This document shows positions 17,856 to 27,461 of a DNA stretch of 64,000 bases, in pieces; position 1 is the stretch's first letter, and each line of letters opens with the position of its first letter. The position numbers were made by a program, and so were the translations under genes. Location: assembly GCA_963702475.1 (NCBI GenBank), contig CAVPCT010000004.1:288001-352000 (forward strand), in the 5' to 3' direction. The notes below the pieces were generated by a model. That model searched no databases and had not been told where the DNA came from. It saw only the letters and a program-made list of their open reading frames with translations. Source of the stretch: an uncultured Thermoleophilia bacterium. GTDB taxonomy: Bacteria; Actinomycetota; Thermoleophilia; UBA2241.

Positions 17856-18434
17856 TCAAGGGGTCGGCGTCGAGCTTGGCGAGGACGTCGGTCCGGGGAG
17901 CAGCTGCTCGGGCAGGAGGTCGTCGCGGATGTCGTAAAGCAGGTTGCCGTTGCGGTAGTCCAGCACCCCGACGACCGTGTCCTCGTTGTCGGAGATGGTG
18001 TCCACCACGCCGTGTATCTGCCAGACGAACTTGTAGGTCGGCGTGATGGTCGAGCTCACCGTGCGCCCGTCGATGCGGTGCGTGAAGGTGTACGGCGCGT
18101 CGGCGGGGACGTACAGGAGCTGCACCTCGCGCGGGTCCACTGACGTGCCTTTGAACGCCCAGTCGGCCTTGCGCAGCGCCATGCCGGACGTCTTGAGCTC
18201 TGAGTTCCCGGGGACGGCGACGGCGGCGAGTGCGAACGGCCAGCCGCGCCACGGCTGCCGCACGAACTCCATGCGCTGGCTGGGTGCGGTGTAGCGGAAC
18301 GCCACGAACGCCGGGAAGAGGAAGACGACCAGGGCAGCCACGACGAGGGTGACCACGAGCAACTGCCTGCCGCGCGCGCGCCGCCTGGGCGCGGCGCGCG
18401 CCGTCGTCTGCGCGCGCGCCTCCTCGTCAGTCAT
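17856..18434 (-). CDS. Hypothetical membrane-anchored protein
   Basis: Basic N-terminus, TM helix, Pro/Ser/Thr tail; fits the operon between the MBL and mscS genes. Confidence 0.65.
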   Translation of the reverse strand: MTDEEARAQTTARAAPRRRARGRQLLVVTLVVAALVVFLFPAFVAFRYTAPSQRMEFVRQPWRGWPFALAAVAVPGNSELKTSGMALRKADWAFKGTSVDPREVQLLYVPADAPYTFTHRIDGRTVSSTITPTYKFVWQIHGVVDTISDNEDTVVGVLDYRNGNLLYDIRDDLLPEQLLPGPTSSPSSTPTP

Positions 18435-19233
18435 CTCGGTCCGTGTCCACCACGGTGCCGTCGCGCAGCACGTCGGTCTTCGGGAAGATGGCGCGTGCGG
18501 CCTGCTCCAGGCCCTCGTAGTACTCCTCGTCGTGCAGGGGGTTCAGGTGCATCGGTACGAGACGCCGCACGCCGGCCTTGCATGCAAGCGTCGCGACTGC
18601 CGACACCTCGCTGTGCGAGGCGTAGCCGGGAAGGAGCTCCGGGGGGGCCGTCCTGGTCCTGGGGTCGGCGCCATTGAACCAGGCCTCGTGGAAGAGGACG
18701 CCGGCGCCTTCCGCGAAGGCGGCGGTCTCGGGGTCGGGCCTGGTGTCGGTGGCCAGGACGAACGCGTCGTCCACGCGGTAAGCCACGCTGATGTCCGAGT
18801 GCTGCTGGGCGCGGACGTGCACCGTGTGGCCGGCGATCTCGTTCGGCCCCGCATGGAGCGGCTCCAGGCCCACGCCTTCCAGGTCGTCCCAGTCCTTCGG
18901 GTTGTACGGCTTGCGCAGTATGCCCGTGACGGCGGCGACCGGGTCGACGCCGTTGACGGCCTCCTCCGGCGGGTGGATGAGGAGCGAGCGGCCGGGAAGG
19001 ACACCCGGCAGGTAGGCCAACCCGCAGATGTGATCCAGGTGGTAGTGCGTGAGGAAGAGGTGGACGGTGCCGGAGCCGGCGAGCAGGCGGGCGTGCTCGG
19101 GCTGGAGCAGGCGGCGCAGGCCGGTGCCGGCGTCGAAGATGAAGGCGTCCTCGCCCGACCGGCAGGCGAAGCAGGTGGTCTCGCGCCGGTCGCTCGGCAT
19201 CCATCCCATGGTTCCCAGCACGGTAACGTCCAT
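18427..19233 (-). CDS. MBL-fold metallo-hydrolase (RNase Z/BN-like)
   Basis: VLGTMG, FDAGTG, THYHLDH, ATDT, HEAW, SHS, MHL. Confidence 0.85.
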   Translation of the reverse strand: MDVTVLGTMGWMPSDRRETTCFACRSGEDAFIFDAGTGLRRLLQPEHARLLAGSGTVHLFLTHYHLDHICGLAYLPGVLPGRSLLIHPPEEAVNGVDPVAAVTGILRKPYNPKDWDDLEGVGLEPLHAGPNEIAGHTVHVRAQQHSDISVAYRVDDAFVLATDTRPDPETAAFAEGAGVLFHEAWFNGADPRTRTAPPELLPGYASHSEVSAVATLACKAGVRRLVPMHLNPLHDEEYYEGLEQAARAIFPKTDVLRDGTVVDTDRDD

Positions 19234-19304
19234 GGCTGCCCCGCCTTCCTCGACGACGTCTCCGAACGAGTGTGCTCCCCAAAGCATAACGGTACAACTC
19301 AGAC

Positions 19305-20159
19305 GTGGAGACACCGTGTCTGCGCGTCCGGGAGGCTGCCGTGGACCTCGACCTCGTCGACTTCGCTCAGCGGCTCGATCTCGACGCGACCGCACGGGGC
19401 CTTTGGGCCGCGGGGGCGCCGCACCTCGGAGCGGCTGTATGCGGTGAGGATGCGGGGTTTCTCGCGGCGCTCGCGGGCGTTGCGCGAAGCGCCGCTCTCT
19501 CGGGCTCGGCCCCGGTCGCGGCGCTGCTCGACGCGTACAACGAAGGCTGCGGCCAGGTCTGCCGCTCGCTCGAAGGCATGGGCGGCACGGAGGCTCGCGA
19601 CACCTGTCTTCGCCTGCGAGCGCTCGACAGGGTCGCCTTGTCGCATATCGCCACGGGCTACTGCGCGGGACTGGAGGAGACGCTCGAGTCCCTGCGCCGG
19701 GCGGTGGCGGACGAGTCGCCGGTCGACCCGGAGACGGGCGCCCTCAAGCCGCGTGAGCTGGCGACCAGGTTGGCACTGGAGGCGGAGCGCTGCCGCCGCG
19801 CCGAGGGGCCACTGGGGCTCGTGGCATTCGGTCTGGCCTCGCCGGCCGCGCGTTCTCGGGCCGCGTGCCAAGTGGCGAGGCGCCTGGGCGCCGGCGTGCG
19901 CCGGTACGACAGCGTCGGGCTCACCGGCGGCGGCGATATCGTGGTGATCATGCCGGACGTCGCCCGCCGCGGCCTCGTGGCGGCGGCGGAGCGTCTGACG
20001 CACGAGGCCGGACACCTGCGCGAGCGTGACCCGACCACCGAGGTGGTCTGCGCGCTCTTCCACTACGACGAGGTGGACCTGGAGGCGCCTGCGATGCTTG
20101 CGGCGCTCGAACGCGGCCTGGACGAGGCTCGGTTCGCGCGCAGCCGGGCCGCGTCCTGA
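19305..20159 (+). CDS. Degenerate GGDEF-like domain protein
   Basis: D.ETGAL, EAERCRR..PL, VRRYDSVGLTGGGDIVVIMP (GGDEF replaced). Confidence 0.6.
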   Translation: METPCLRVREAAVDLDLVDFAQRLDLDATARGLWAAGAPHLGAAVCGEDAGFLAALAGVARSAALSGSAPVAALLDAYNEGCGQVCRSLEGMGGTEARDTCLRLRALDRVALSHIATGYCAGLEETLESLRRAVADESPVDPETGALKPRELATRLALEAERCRRAEGPLGLVAFGLASPAARSRAACQVARRLGAGVRRYDSVGLTGGGDIVVIMPDVARRGLVAAAERLTHEAGHLRERDPTTEVVCALFHYDEVDLEAPAMLAALERGLDEARFARSRAAS

Positions 20160-20162
20160 GAG

Positions 20163-20609
20163 TCAGGAGTCGCGCCGCTCTCCGAGGGCCTCGGCGGCGC
20201 GGCGCACCATCTCGCGCTCGTTCGGGTACGTCATGAGACGGAGCGCTTCCGACAGGGGCACGAACCTGGCCTCGCTGACCTCGTGGTCGTGATCGGCGGT
20301 ATCGCCGCCGGTGGCGTGCATGAGGAAGTAGTGCACGGTCTTGTGGATGCGCCCGCCCTCGCCGCGCGAGTAGAACGAGTAGTCGATCGAGCCCAGTCGG
20401 TCGTCGACGACGGCATCGATGCCCGTCTCCTCTGAGACTTCGCGCACGGCCGCCTGCGCCGGCGTCTCGCCGGTCTCGATGCCGCCCTTGGGCAGACCCC
20501 ACACACTGCGGCCCGTGGGCCGGATGAGGCAGATCTCCAAGCCGGCGCCGCTGCGTACGACGACGCCGCCGGCCGACGTTTTCTCGCGTGTTCCGGGCAC
20601 TGCGGTCAC
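20163..20609 (-). CDS. NUDIX hydrolase (Ap4A/MutT-like)
   Basis: SAGGVV, WGLPKGGIETGETPAQAAVREVSEETG Nudix box. Confidence 0.9.
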   Translation of the reverse strand: MTAVPGTREKTSAGGVVVRSGAGLEICLIRPTGRSVWGLPKGGIETGETPAQAAVREVSEETGIDAVVDDRLGSIDYSFYSRGEGGRIHKTVHYFLMHATGGDTADHDHEVSEARFVPLSEALRLMTYPNEREMVRRAAEALGERRDS

Positions 20610-20736
20610 GCTTTCTCGACGCGGATGCGGACTCTGGCCAAGTATATAGAACGCGGGGTGGGGGACCGTACGCGTCCTTGGCCGCCCGGCCGCGCGCGTG
20701 CCCTGGGCGCCACTCTCGTGCCTGTACTATGGCCCG

Positions 20737-22074
20737 GTGAGCCGCATCCTCGACACCCTCGGCGCCCTCACTGAGCCCGAGTTCCGCAAGCTGTTCATCG
20801 GCCAGGCGACTTCGGTCGTCGGCTCGATGTTCCGCGTGGTGGCGCTGCCGTTCGCCGTGCTTGCCATCGGCGGCAGCGCGACGGACATCGGCATCGTCAT
20901 GGCCTCCGCGCTCGTGCCTCTGGCTGTGCTTGTCCTCGCCGGCGGCGTCTGGGCCGACCGTCTCCCGCGCCGCCTCGTGATGTTGGCCGCCGACCTGGCG
21001 CGTACCGTCCTGCAGCTTGCGGCAGCGGCTCTGCTGATCACGGGCGTGGCCGAGGTCTGGCACCTCGCCCTCCTGCAGGTCGGCATGGGCGTCGCGGAGG
21101 CCTTCTTCGGCCCGTCGTACACCGGCCTGGTGCCGGAGGTCGTCAGCCCGCCCCGCCTCCAGCAGGCCAACGCACTGCAGGGGCTCGTGTCGAGCGGATC
21201 GATCACGCTCGGCGCGACGCTCGCGGGGCTGCTGGTGGCGGTCGTCGGACCCGGTTGGGCGCTCGGCATCGACGGGCTCAGCTTCCTGGTGAGCGCCGCG
21301 TTCCTCCTGCGTCTGAGGCCGGAGCGGTTTCTCGGCACGGCGAGGCGGCCGGCGGCTGCCTCAGGACCGGCCCGGGCGCTCGCCGGGGAGGAGCCGGCCG
21401 CCGGAGACTCCGCCGGCGACCACCCTCGGGGCTTCTTCCGCGACCTGGCCGCGGGCTGGCAGGAGTTCCGGCGGCACACGTGGATATGGGTGACGGTCAT
21501 CGGGGCGGCCGCGTTCCTGTTCGCGGTGGACGGCCCTCTCCAGGTGCTCGGTCCCATCGTGGCCGACGACGTGTACGCGGGCGCCCGCACCTGGGGTCTG
21601 ACTTCGGCCGCAATGGGGATCGGCCAGATCGCCGGAGGCCTGCTCGGGCTGCGCTGGCGCCCGCGTCGCCCGATCCTCGTCATCTGCGGCGGCATGTGGC
21701 TGGCCGCCCTCCCGGTCGCGTTCCTGGCGCTCGAGACGCCGGTCTGGACGCTGTACGCGGCCATGGCGGTCATCGGCGTCGAGTGGGGCCTGTACGACCC
21801 GTTCTGGATGACGTGCATGCAGCGCGTGGTGCCGCCGGACATGATCTCGCGTGTCTCGGCCTACGACTGGTTCTGCGTGTTGGCGTTCTACCCGGCCGGA
21901 CTTGCGCTGGCCGGCCCGCTGGCCGACGCTCTGGGCCGCTCCACGGTGCTGTGGGCGTCGGCTGCGGTCGCCGTGGGCGTGAGCGTGTTCCAGGTGCTCT
22001 GGCGCGACGTGCGCGCACCGCACGACATGGGGCCGCCGCCCGAGGCTTCGCCCGCGGCGGCCCCGTCCACCTGA
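20737..22074 (+). CDS. MFS transporter (DHA3/macrolide-efflux-like)
   Basis: FRKLFIGQATS, GGVWADRLPRR, LQQANAL; 12-TM pattern; GTG 6 nt after TACTAT. Confidence 0.85.
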   Translation: MSRILDTLGALTEPEFRKLFIGQATSVVGSMFRVVALPFAVLAIGGSATDIGIVMASALVPLAVLVLAGGVWADRLPRRLVMLAADLARTVLQLAAAALLITGVAEVWHLALLQVGMGVAEAFFGPSYTGLVPEVVSPPRLQQANALQGLVSSGSITLGATLAGLLVAVVGPGWALGIDGLSFLVSAAFLLRLRPERFLGTARRPAAASGPARALAGEEPAAGDSAGDHPRGFFRDLAAGWQEFRRHTWIWVTVIGAAAFLFAVDGPLQVLGPIVADDVYAGARTWGLTSAAMGIGQIAGGLLGLRWRPRRPILVICGGMWLAALPVAFLALETPVWTLYAAMAVIGVEWGLYDPFWMTCMQRVVPPDMISRVSAYDWFCVLAFYPAGLALAGPLADALGRSTVLWASAAVAVGVSVFQVLWRDVRAPHDMGPPPEASPAAAPST

Positions 22075-22095
22075 GCGTCCGTTCTCGCCAGGCGG

Positions 22096-23925
22096 TCAGA
22101 AGGCCTGGCCGGTGGCCTCCCATTCGGCGTACAGGCGTGCGTAGCGACCGCCCGCCGCGACCAGCTGTTCGTGGGCGCCGCGCTCCACCACGCGACCGGC
22201 GTCGATCACGAGGATCTCGTCCGCGTACCGCACGGTACTCAGGCGGTGGGCGACGATCACGCTGGTGCGCCCGCTGAAAAGCACCTCCATGGCGCGCTCG
22301 ATGCGCCGTTCGCTCTCCGCGTCCACGCTGGAGGTGGCCTCATCGAGGATGAGGACGCGCGGGTCTGCGAGCAGGGCCCGCGCGAAGCTGATGAGCTGCC
22401 GTTGCCCGGTGCTGAGCCCCGATCCGCCCTCCTGGACCTCGGTGGCGTACCCGTCCGGCAACGCCGCTACGAAGTCGTGCACCCCGACGATGCGGGCGAC
22501 GCGCTTGACCTCATCCTCGTCGGCGTCGGGCCGTGCGAAACGGATGTTGTCCAGGACCGAGCCGCTGAACAGGAACGCCTCCTGGGGAACGACGGCCAGC
22601 TGCTCGCGCAGGGAGGCCATCGTCACGCCGCGCAGGTCGTGTCCGTCGATGAGCACGGCGCCCGCAGTCGGGTCGTAGAAGCGAGCCAGGAGCTTGATGA
22701 CGGTGGACTTGCCGGCGCCGGTGGCTCCGACGAGCGCGACGGTGCTCCCTGCTCGGATGCTGAAGTCGACGTCGTGCAGGACCGGCTTGCCGGGGTCGTA
22801 GCCGAACGTCACGTGGCTCAGTGTCACCTCACCGCGGACGTCCGGCAGGTCGACGGCGTCGGCCGCGTCCTTCAGGTCGGGATCGGTGTCGAGCACCGTG
22901 TAGATCTTCTGTACGGCCGCCATCGACGCCTGGAAGGTGTTGTAGAGCTGGCTGAGCTGCTGCAGCGGGTCGAAGAAGCTGTTCAGGTAGCCGATGAACG
23001 CGACCAGCACGCCGATCTCGAGCGCCCGGTGCGTGGCCAGCGAGCCGCCGTACCAGAGCACGATGACCACGGCCGCGGCCGACATGAACTCCACGAAGGG
23101 AAAGTAGACGCCGCTCTGCACGACCGTGCGGAGGTTGACGTCGCGGTAGGCGGCGTTGGCCACGGCCAGCCGGTCGTAGTCCGCGTCCTCGCGGCGGAAC
23201 GCCTGCAGCACGCGGACGCCGTGGATGGACTCCTGCAGGTGCGCGCTCACGTCGCCGATCTTGTTGCGCACCAGGGCGTAGGCGCGCGCGGAGCGCGAGC
23301 GGAAGATCAGGGTGGCGACGATGAGGAACGGCATGATGCTCAATGTCGCCAGGGCCAGGCGCCAGTCCAGGATGAAGAGGAAGGCGATCGCGCCGATGAA
23401 CGTCAGCGAGTTCGTCACCAGCGAGGTGACGCCGTCGGTGACGAGCTGGTCGAGGGCATCGATGTCGTTGGTGAGGCGGCTGACGATCCACCCGGTCTTC
23501 TGGCGGCTGAAGAAGTCCAGCGACAGCTTCTGCAAGTGTGCGAAGAGGCTTCTGCGCAGGTCGTAGATGATGTGCTCGCCCACCCAGCTCGTCAGGTACG
23601 TCTGCAGGTAGCTGGCGCCCAGGTTGATGCCGCTGACGACGATGAAGGCGACGATGACCCAGGTGAGCACGGTCATGCTCTTCGCGCCGATGCCGGAGTC
23701 GATGGCGACCTTGAGCAGGTAGGGCACGGCGAGGGTGCTGAGCGTGACCACGATCATGGCCACCACGCTCATCAGGGCGCGCCGGCGGTACGGGTAGGCG
23801 AGGCGCGCGAGCCGGGCGAGCTTGAGCTCGCGCGCCAGGTGCACGAAGGCGCGCCAGCCCTTCAGCTCCTCGAGGCTGGCGCCGGAGCCGTGCGGACCGC
23901 TGTGATGACGGGAGGCGGTGGCCAT
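22096..23925 (-). CDS. ABC exporter, fused TMD-NBD (heterodimer subunit)
   Basis: GATGAGKS, LSTGQ (degenerate signature), ILDEATS, AHRLST. Confidence 0.92.
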   Translation of the reverse strand: MATASRHHSGPHGSGASLEELKGWRAFVHLARELKLARLARLAYPYRRRALMSVVAMIVVTLSTLAVPYLLKVAIDSGIGAKSMTVLTWVIVAFIVVSGINLGASYLQTYLTSWVGEHIIYDLRRSLFAHLQKLSLDFFSRQKTGWIVSRLTNDIDALDQLVTDGVTSLVTNSLTFIGAIAFLFILDWRLALATLSIMPFLIVATLIFRSRSARAYALVRNKIGDVSAHLQESIHGVRVLQAFRREDADYDRLAVANAAYRDVNLRTVVQSGVYFPFVEFMSAAAVVIVLWYGGSLATHRALEIGVLVAFIGYLNSFFDPLQQLSQLYNTFQASMAAVQKIYTVLDTDPDLKDAADAVDLPDVRGEVTLSHVTFGYDPGKPVLHDVDFSIRAGSTVALVGATGAGKSTVIKLLARFYDPTAGAVLIDGHDLRGVTMASLREQLAVVPQEAFLFSGSVLDNIRFARPDADEDEVKRVARIVGVHDFVAALPDGYATEVQEGGSGLSTGQRQLISFARALLADPRVLILDEATSSVDAESERRIERAMEVLFSGRTSVIVAHRLSTVRYADEILVIDAGRVVERGAHEQLVAAGGRYARLYAEWEATGQAF

Positions 23926-25724
23926 CAGGCGGCGCCTCCGCGTGCGGCCGGCCCGTCCACGTCCACACGGTCCAGGTCGATGTGCTCGGCCTCGGCGCGC
24001 CCGAACATGCGCGCGTACAACGAGCCTTCGGCGATGGCCATGAGCGCCTCGTGGGTGCCGCGCTCCACGATCCGTCCTTTGTCGAGCACCACGATCTCGT
24101 CGGCGAGCGAGATGGTGCTCGGCCGGTGCGCGATGATGAACGTGGTGCGCCCGTACGTGACCTCCTGCAGGGCGCGGCGGATCTTGAGCTCGGTCTCCAC
24201 GTCCACGCTGGACGTGGCATCGTCGAGGATGAGGATGCGCGGGTCCATCACCAGCGCCCGCGCGATGGCGATGCGCTGGCGCTGTCCGCCGCTGAGCGTG
24301 TGACCGCGCTCGCCGATGACGGTGTCGTAGCCGTCGGGCGACGCCTCGATGAACTCGTCGGCCTGCGCGGCCCTGGCCGCCTCGCGCACCTGCTCCAGGG
24401 TCGCCTGCGGGCGTCCGAGCCGGATGTTGTCGGCGATCGACGCACTGAACAGGAACGGATCCTGGTTCACGATGCCGACGTCAGCGCGCAGGCTGGCCAG
24501 CTTCAGGTGGCGCACGTCCAGGCCGTCGACGAGGACGCGGCCCTCGTCGGGGTCGTAGAACCGCGGGATGAAGTTGGTGAGCGTGGTCTTGCCGCAGCCG
24601 GTGTGACCCACCAAGGCGACGGTGCGGCCGGCCGGGACCTCCAGCGTGACGTCGGCGAGGACCGGCCGGTCGCCGTACGCGAAGGTGAGGTGCTCGAACG
24701 CGACGGAGCCGGAGGGGCACGCCGCCCCGGCCTCGCACGGCAGGGCCACGGCATCCGCTTGCTCCACCATCTCGAGCGGCGCGTCCAGCAGTTCGTACAC
24801 GCGGTTGCCGCTCGCGATGGCGCGCTGCGCCAGGCCCGTGAGCCAGCCGATCACCTGGGCCGGGTACACGAACATCATCAGGTAGCCGTAGAAGGCGACG
24901 AGGGCGCCCAGCGTCATCTGCCCTTCGATCACCTGGCGGCCACCGTAGTACAGCAGGAAGGCGACGGCCAGGTTGGGGATGAAGGCGATGAGCGGGATGT
25001 ACACCGCACGCACGCGCGCCGCGGCGACGCTGGCCTCGAACACGCGGTAGCTGCGGAGGCTGAACTTCTCGAGCTCGTCGTCCTCCCGCGCGAAGATGCG
25101 CACGATGCGTGAGCCGACCACGTTCTCCTCCGCCGCCTCGGTGACGTCGGCGATCTTCTGCTGCACGTCCTGCAGGATGGGGCGCAGCTTCTGGCTGAAA
25201 CGCACGGTCACGAACAGCAGCGCCGGCAGAAAGGCCATGGACAGCAGCGCGAGCTGCCAGTCCAGAAGGAAGAGGATCACGACGACGGCGACCATCATCA
25301 CGATGTTGGTGGTGAAGAAGATGAGGCCGTACCCGAGGAACATGCGCACGTTCTGGACGTCGCTCATCAGGCGGCTCATGAGCTGACCGGTGGGCCAGCG
25401 GTCGAAATAGGAGGGCGGCTGCCGCAGCAGGTACGCCCAGGCGCGGTTGCGCAGATCGTACTCGATGCCCAGGCTGGCCTTGCCGGTGGTGATGCGGCGC
25501 GCCACGCCGACCGCGAAGCGCAGGGTGGCCACGCCCAGCAGGATGAGGCCGTAGGTGACGAGTTCGCCGGTCTGGCCGCCGAGCAGGGCGTTGTCGATGG
25601 TGAGCTGCGTGATGCGCGGCACCACGAGACCGAGGCCCATCTGCACGAACGCCAGGGCGAACCCTACGATGGTGAGCCACTTGTAATCGCCGAGCAGCTT
25701 GGTGATGCGCCAGAACGTCTTCAT
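23925..25724 (-). CDS. ABC exporter, fused TMD-NBD (heterodimer subunit)
   Basis: Real start MKTFWRITKLL; GHTGCGKT, LSGGQ, ILDDATS (non-catalytic Walker B), typical of heterodimeric exporters. Confidence 0.92.
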   Translation of the reverse strand: MKTFWRITKLLGDYKWLTIVGFALAFVQMGLGLVVPRITQLTIDNALLGGQTGELVTYGLILLGVATLRFAVGVARRITTGKASLGIEYDLRNRAWAYLLRQPPSYFDRWPTGQLMSRLMSDVQNVRMFLGYGLIFFTTNIVMMVAVVVILFLLDWQLALLSMAFLPALLFVTVRFSQKLRPILQDVQQKIADVTEAAEENVVGSRIVRIFAREDDELEKFSLRSYRVFEASVAAARVRAVYIPLIAFIPNLAVAFLLYYGGRQVIEGQMTLGALVAFYGYLMMFVYPAQVIGWLTGLAQRAIASGNRVYELLDAPLEMVEQADAVALPCEAGAACPSGSVAFEHLTFAYGDRPVLADVTLEVPAGRTVALVGHTGCGKTTLTNFIPRFYDPDEGRVLVDGLDVRHLKLASLRADVGIVNQDPFLFSASIADNIRLGRPQATLEQVREAARAAQADEFIEASPDGYDTVIGERGHTLSGGQRQRIAIARALVMDPRILILDDATSSVDVETELKIRRALQEVTYGRTTFIIAHRPSTISLADEIVVLDKGRIVERGTHEALMAIAEGSLYARMFGRAEAEHIDLDRVDVDGPAARGGAA

Positions 25725-25769
25725 CCCGGAGACCTTACCCGGGGGGAAACAGAGCGATAGGATAGGACC

Positions 25770-26750
25770 GTGAGCCAGCCTTCCCAGCAGCTCTGCGAGC
25801 CGCCGGACGGCGCCACCTTCCTCGGCGCCCCTCTGTGCCCGGACCCGGGCGGCGCGCCGCCGGGCTTCGCCTTCATCGGCGCGCCCTACGTGACGCCATA
25901 CGACGCCGGCGCCGACCCGCCGTTCGCGCCGGGCGTCGCGCCGGGGACGCCCGGCTCCTCGTCGTCGGCTCCCGCGGCGGTGCGCGCCGCCTCCGCGGTC
26001 TACGTGGCGGAGCTGGATCACTACGACTTCGACGTGGGCGGCGCGCTCGTCGAGCCCGGCTCGCCGCTCCCGCTCGTGGACTGCGGCGACGCGCGCTGCC
26101 GGGCGGACGACCCGGCCGGCAGCTCTGCGGCGATCACCGCGGTCACGCGTGCCGCGGTGTCGGCGGGCGCCGTGCCGCTGGTCGTCGGCGGCGACCACGC
26201 TGTGCCGTTCTTCGTTGTGCGCGGGCTGGACGACCACCTGCCCGTGCACGTTCTGCAGATCGACGCCCACCTCGACTATCGCGACGAGGTGTGCGGCGTG
26301 CGCGACGGCTACTCGAGCCCGATGCGGCGGCTGCGCGAGCTGGACAGGGTCGAGACCATCGCGCAGGTGGGCCTTCGCGACATCGGAAGCGCACGCCCGG
26401 AGGAAGTCGCGGCCGCCCAGGCCGCCGGCAATGTGCTCGTGCGCGCCGAGGATGTGCACGAGGTAGGTGTCGACCGTGTGGCCGCGCTCTTCCCGGAGGG
26501 CGGCCGCCTGTACATCACGGTCGACGTGGACGGTCTCGACCCGTCGTGCGCGCCCGGCGTGCTGTGGCCGGCGCCGGGCGGCCTGCACTTCTGGCAGGCG
26601 GCCCGGCTGGTCCGCACGCTGGCCATGCGCTGCCGGCTGGTCGGCATGGACGTGTGCGAGCTGGTGCCGGCGCGCGACCCGCAGGGCGTCTCCGCCCTGG
26701 TCGTCGCGCGCCTTCTCATGATCGCCATGGCCGCCACGCTGCGGCGGTAG
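25770..26750 (+). CDS. Arginase/agmatinase family ureohydrolase
   Basis: GGDHAV, DAHLD, DVDGLDP..APG, DVCE. Confidence 0.88.
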   Translation: MSQPSQQLCEPPDGATFLGAPLCPDPGGAPPGFAFIGAPYVTPYDAGADPPFAPGVAPGTPGSSSSAPAAVRAASAVYVAELDHYDFDVGGALVEPGSPLPLVDCGDARCRADDPAGSSAAITAVTRAAVSAGAVPLVVGGDHAVPFFVVRGLDDHLPVHVLQIDAHLDYRDEVCGVRDGYSSPMRRLRELDRVETIAQVGLRDIGSARPEEVAAAQAAGNVLVRAEDVHEVGVDRVAALFPEGGRLYITVDVDGLDPSCAPGVLWPAPGGLHFWQAARLVRTLAMRCRLVGMDVCELVPARDPQGVSALVVARLLMIAMAATLRR

Positions 26751-26831
26751 CCGACGGCCGGCGCGCCGCGCAGCCCTGGGCCTGGCGCGGGCGCATTGAC
26801 GCAGAGTCCATGCCGGACGTAGGTTCCGAGC

Positions 26832-27461
26832 ATGAAGGACGCTCGCCTCCCCGCCTGGCTCGAGCCTCACGTGCCTCTGTGCGAGGCCGTAGCGGCGCTC
26901 TTCCATCCGCTCGTCGAGGTGACCGTCCACGACCTCCGTCGCGGCCGCCTGGTGACTTCGTGGAGCGGCGCGGGCCGCGGCAGCGCCGCGGCTCTCGCAC
27001 CCGCCCTGGCCGCCCTCGCCGTCGATCCGGCTTCGCGCGGCATCCTGGGACCTGTGGCGGCCGAGCTTCCCGGCGGCCGCGCCGGCACGGCTGTCGGCGT
27101 GGTCCTCGTCAATGCCAGAGGCGCGCCCCGCGGACTGCTGGCGATCACGTTCGACCGCTCGCCGCTCGACGACGCCGTCGCCCTGCTCGCAGGCTTCGCG
27201 GCGCCACCGGTACAGGGCGCGTTGGCGGCCGCGGGTCCAAGCGCCGGCTGGGACGAGCAGATCGTCGCGGTCGTCGTGGAGGAGTGCCGCGACAGGGGCT
27301 TTCGCCGGGACCGCCTCACGCGAGCGCAGCGAGCGGTCCTCGTGCGTGCCCTCGACGAGCGCGGCCTGTTCTCCACGCGGCATGCGGCGGCCCACGCGGC
27401 GAGGGCGCTCGGCGTCTCGCGGACCACGGTCTACGATCTGCTCAAAGAGGCGCGCTCATGA
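26832..27461 (+). CDS. YheO-like PAS / HTH transcriptional regulator
   Basis: LFHPLVEVTVHDL N-terminus; LDERGLF...ARALGVSRTTVY C-terminal HTH. Confidence 0.82.
   Translation: MKDARLPAWLEPHVPLCEAVAALFHPLVEVTVHDLRRGRLVTSWSGAGRGSAAALAPALAALAVDPASRGILGPVAAELPGGRAGTAVGVVLVNARGAPRGLLAITFDRSPLDDAVALLAGFAAPPVQGALAAAGPSAGWDEQIVAVVVEECRDRGFRRDRLTRAQRAVLVRALDERGLFSTRHAAAHAARALGVSRTTVYDLLKEARS

Noticed and set aside
23925-27395. Apparent 1156-aa ABC transporter, and 923-aa aminotransferase (25835-28606)
   Set aside because: Stop-free upstream extensions; the real starts are 25724 and 27458, so these are not fusions.
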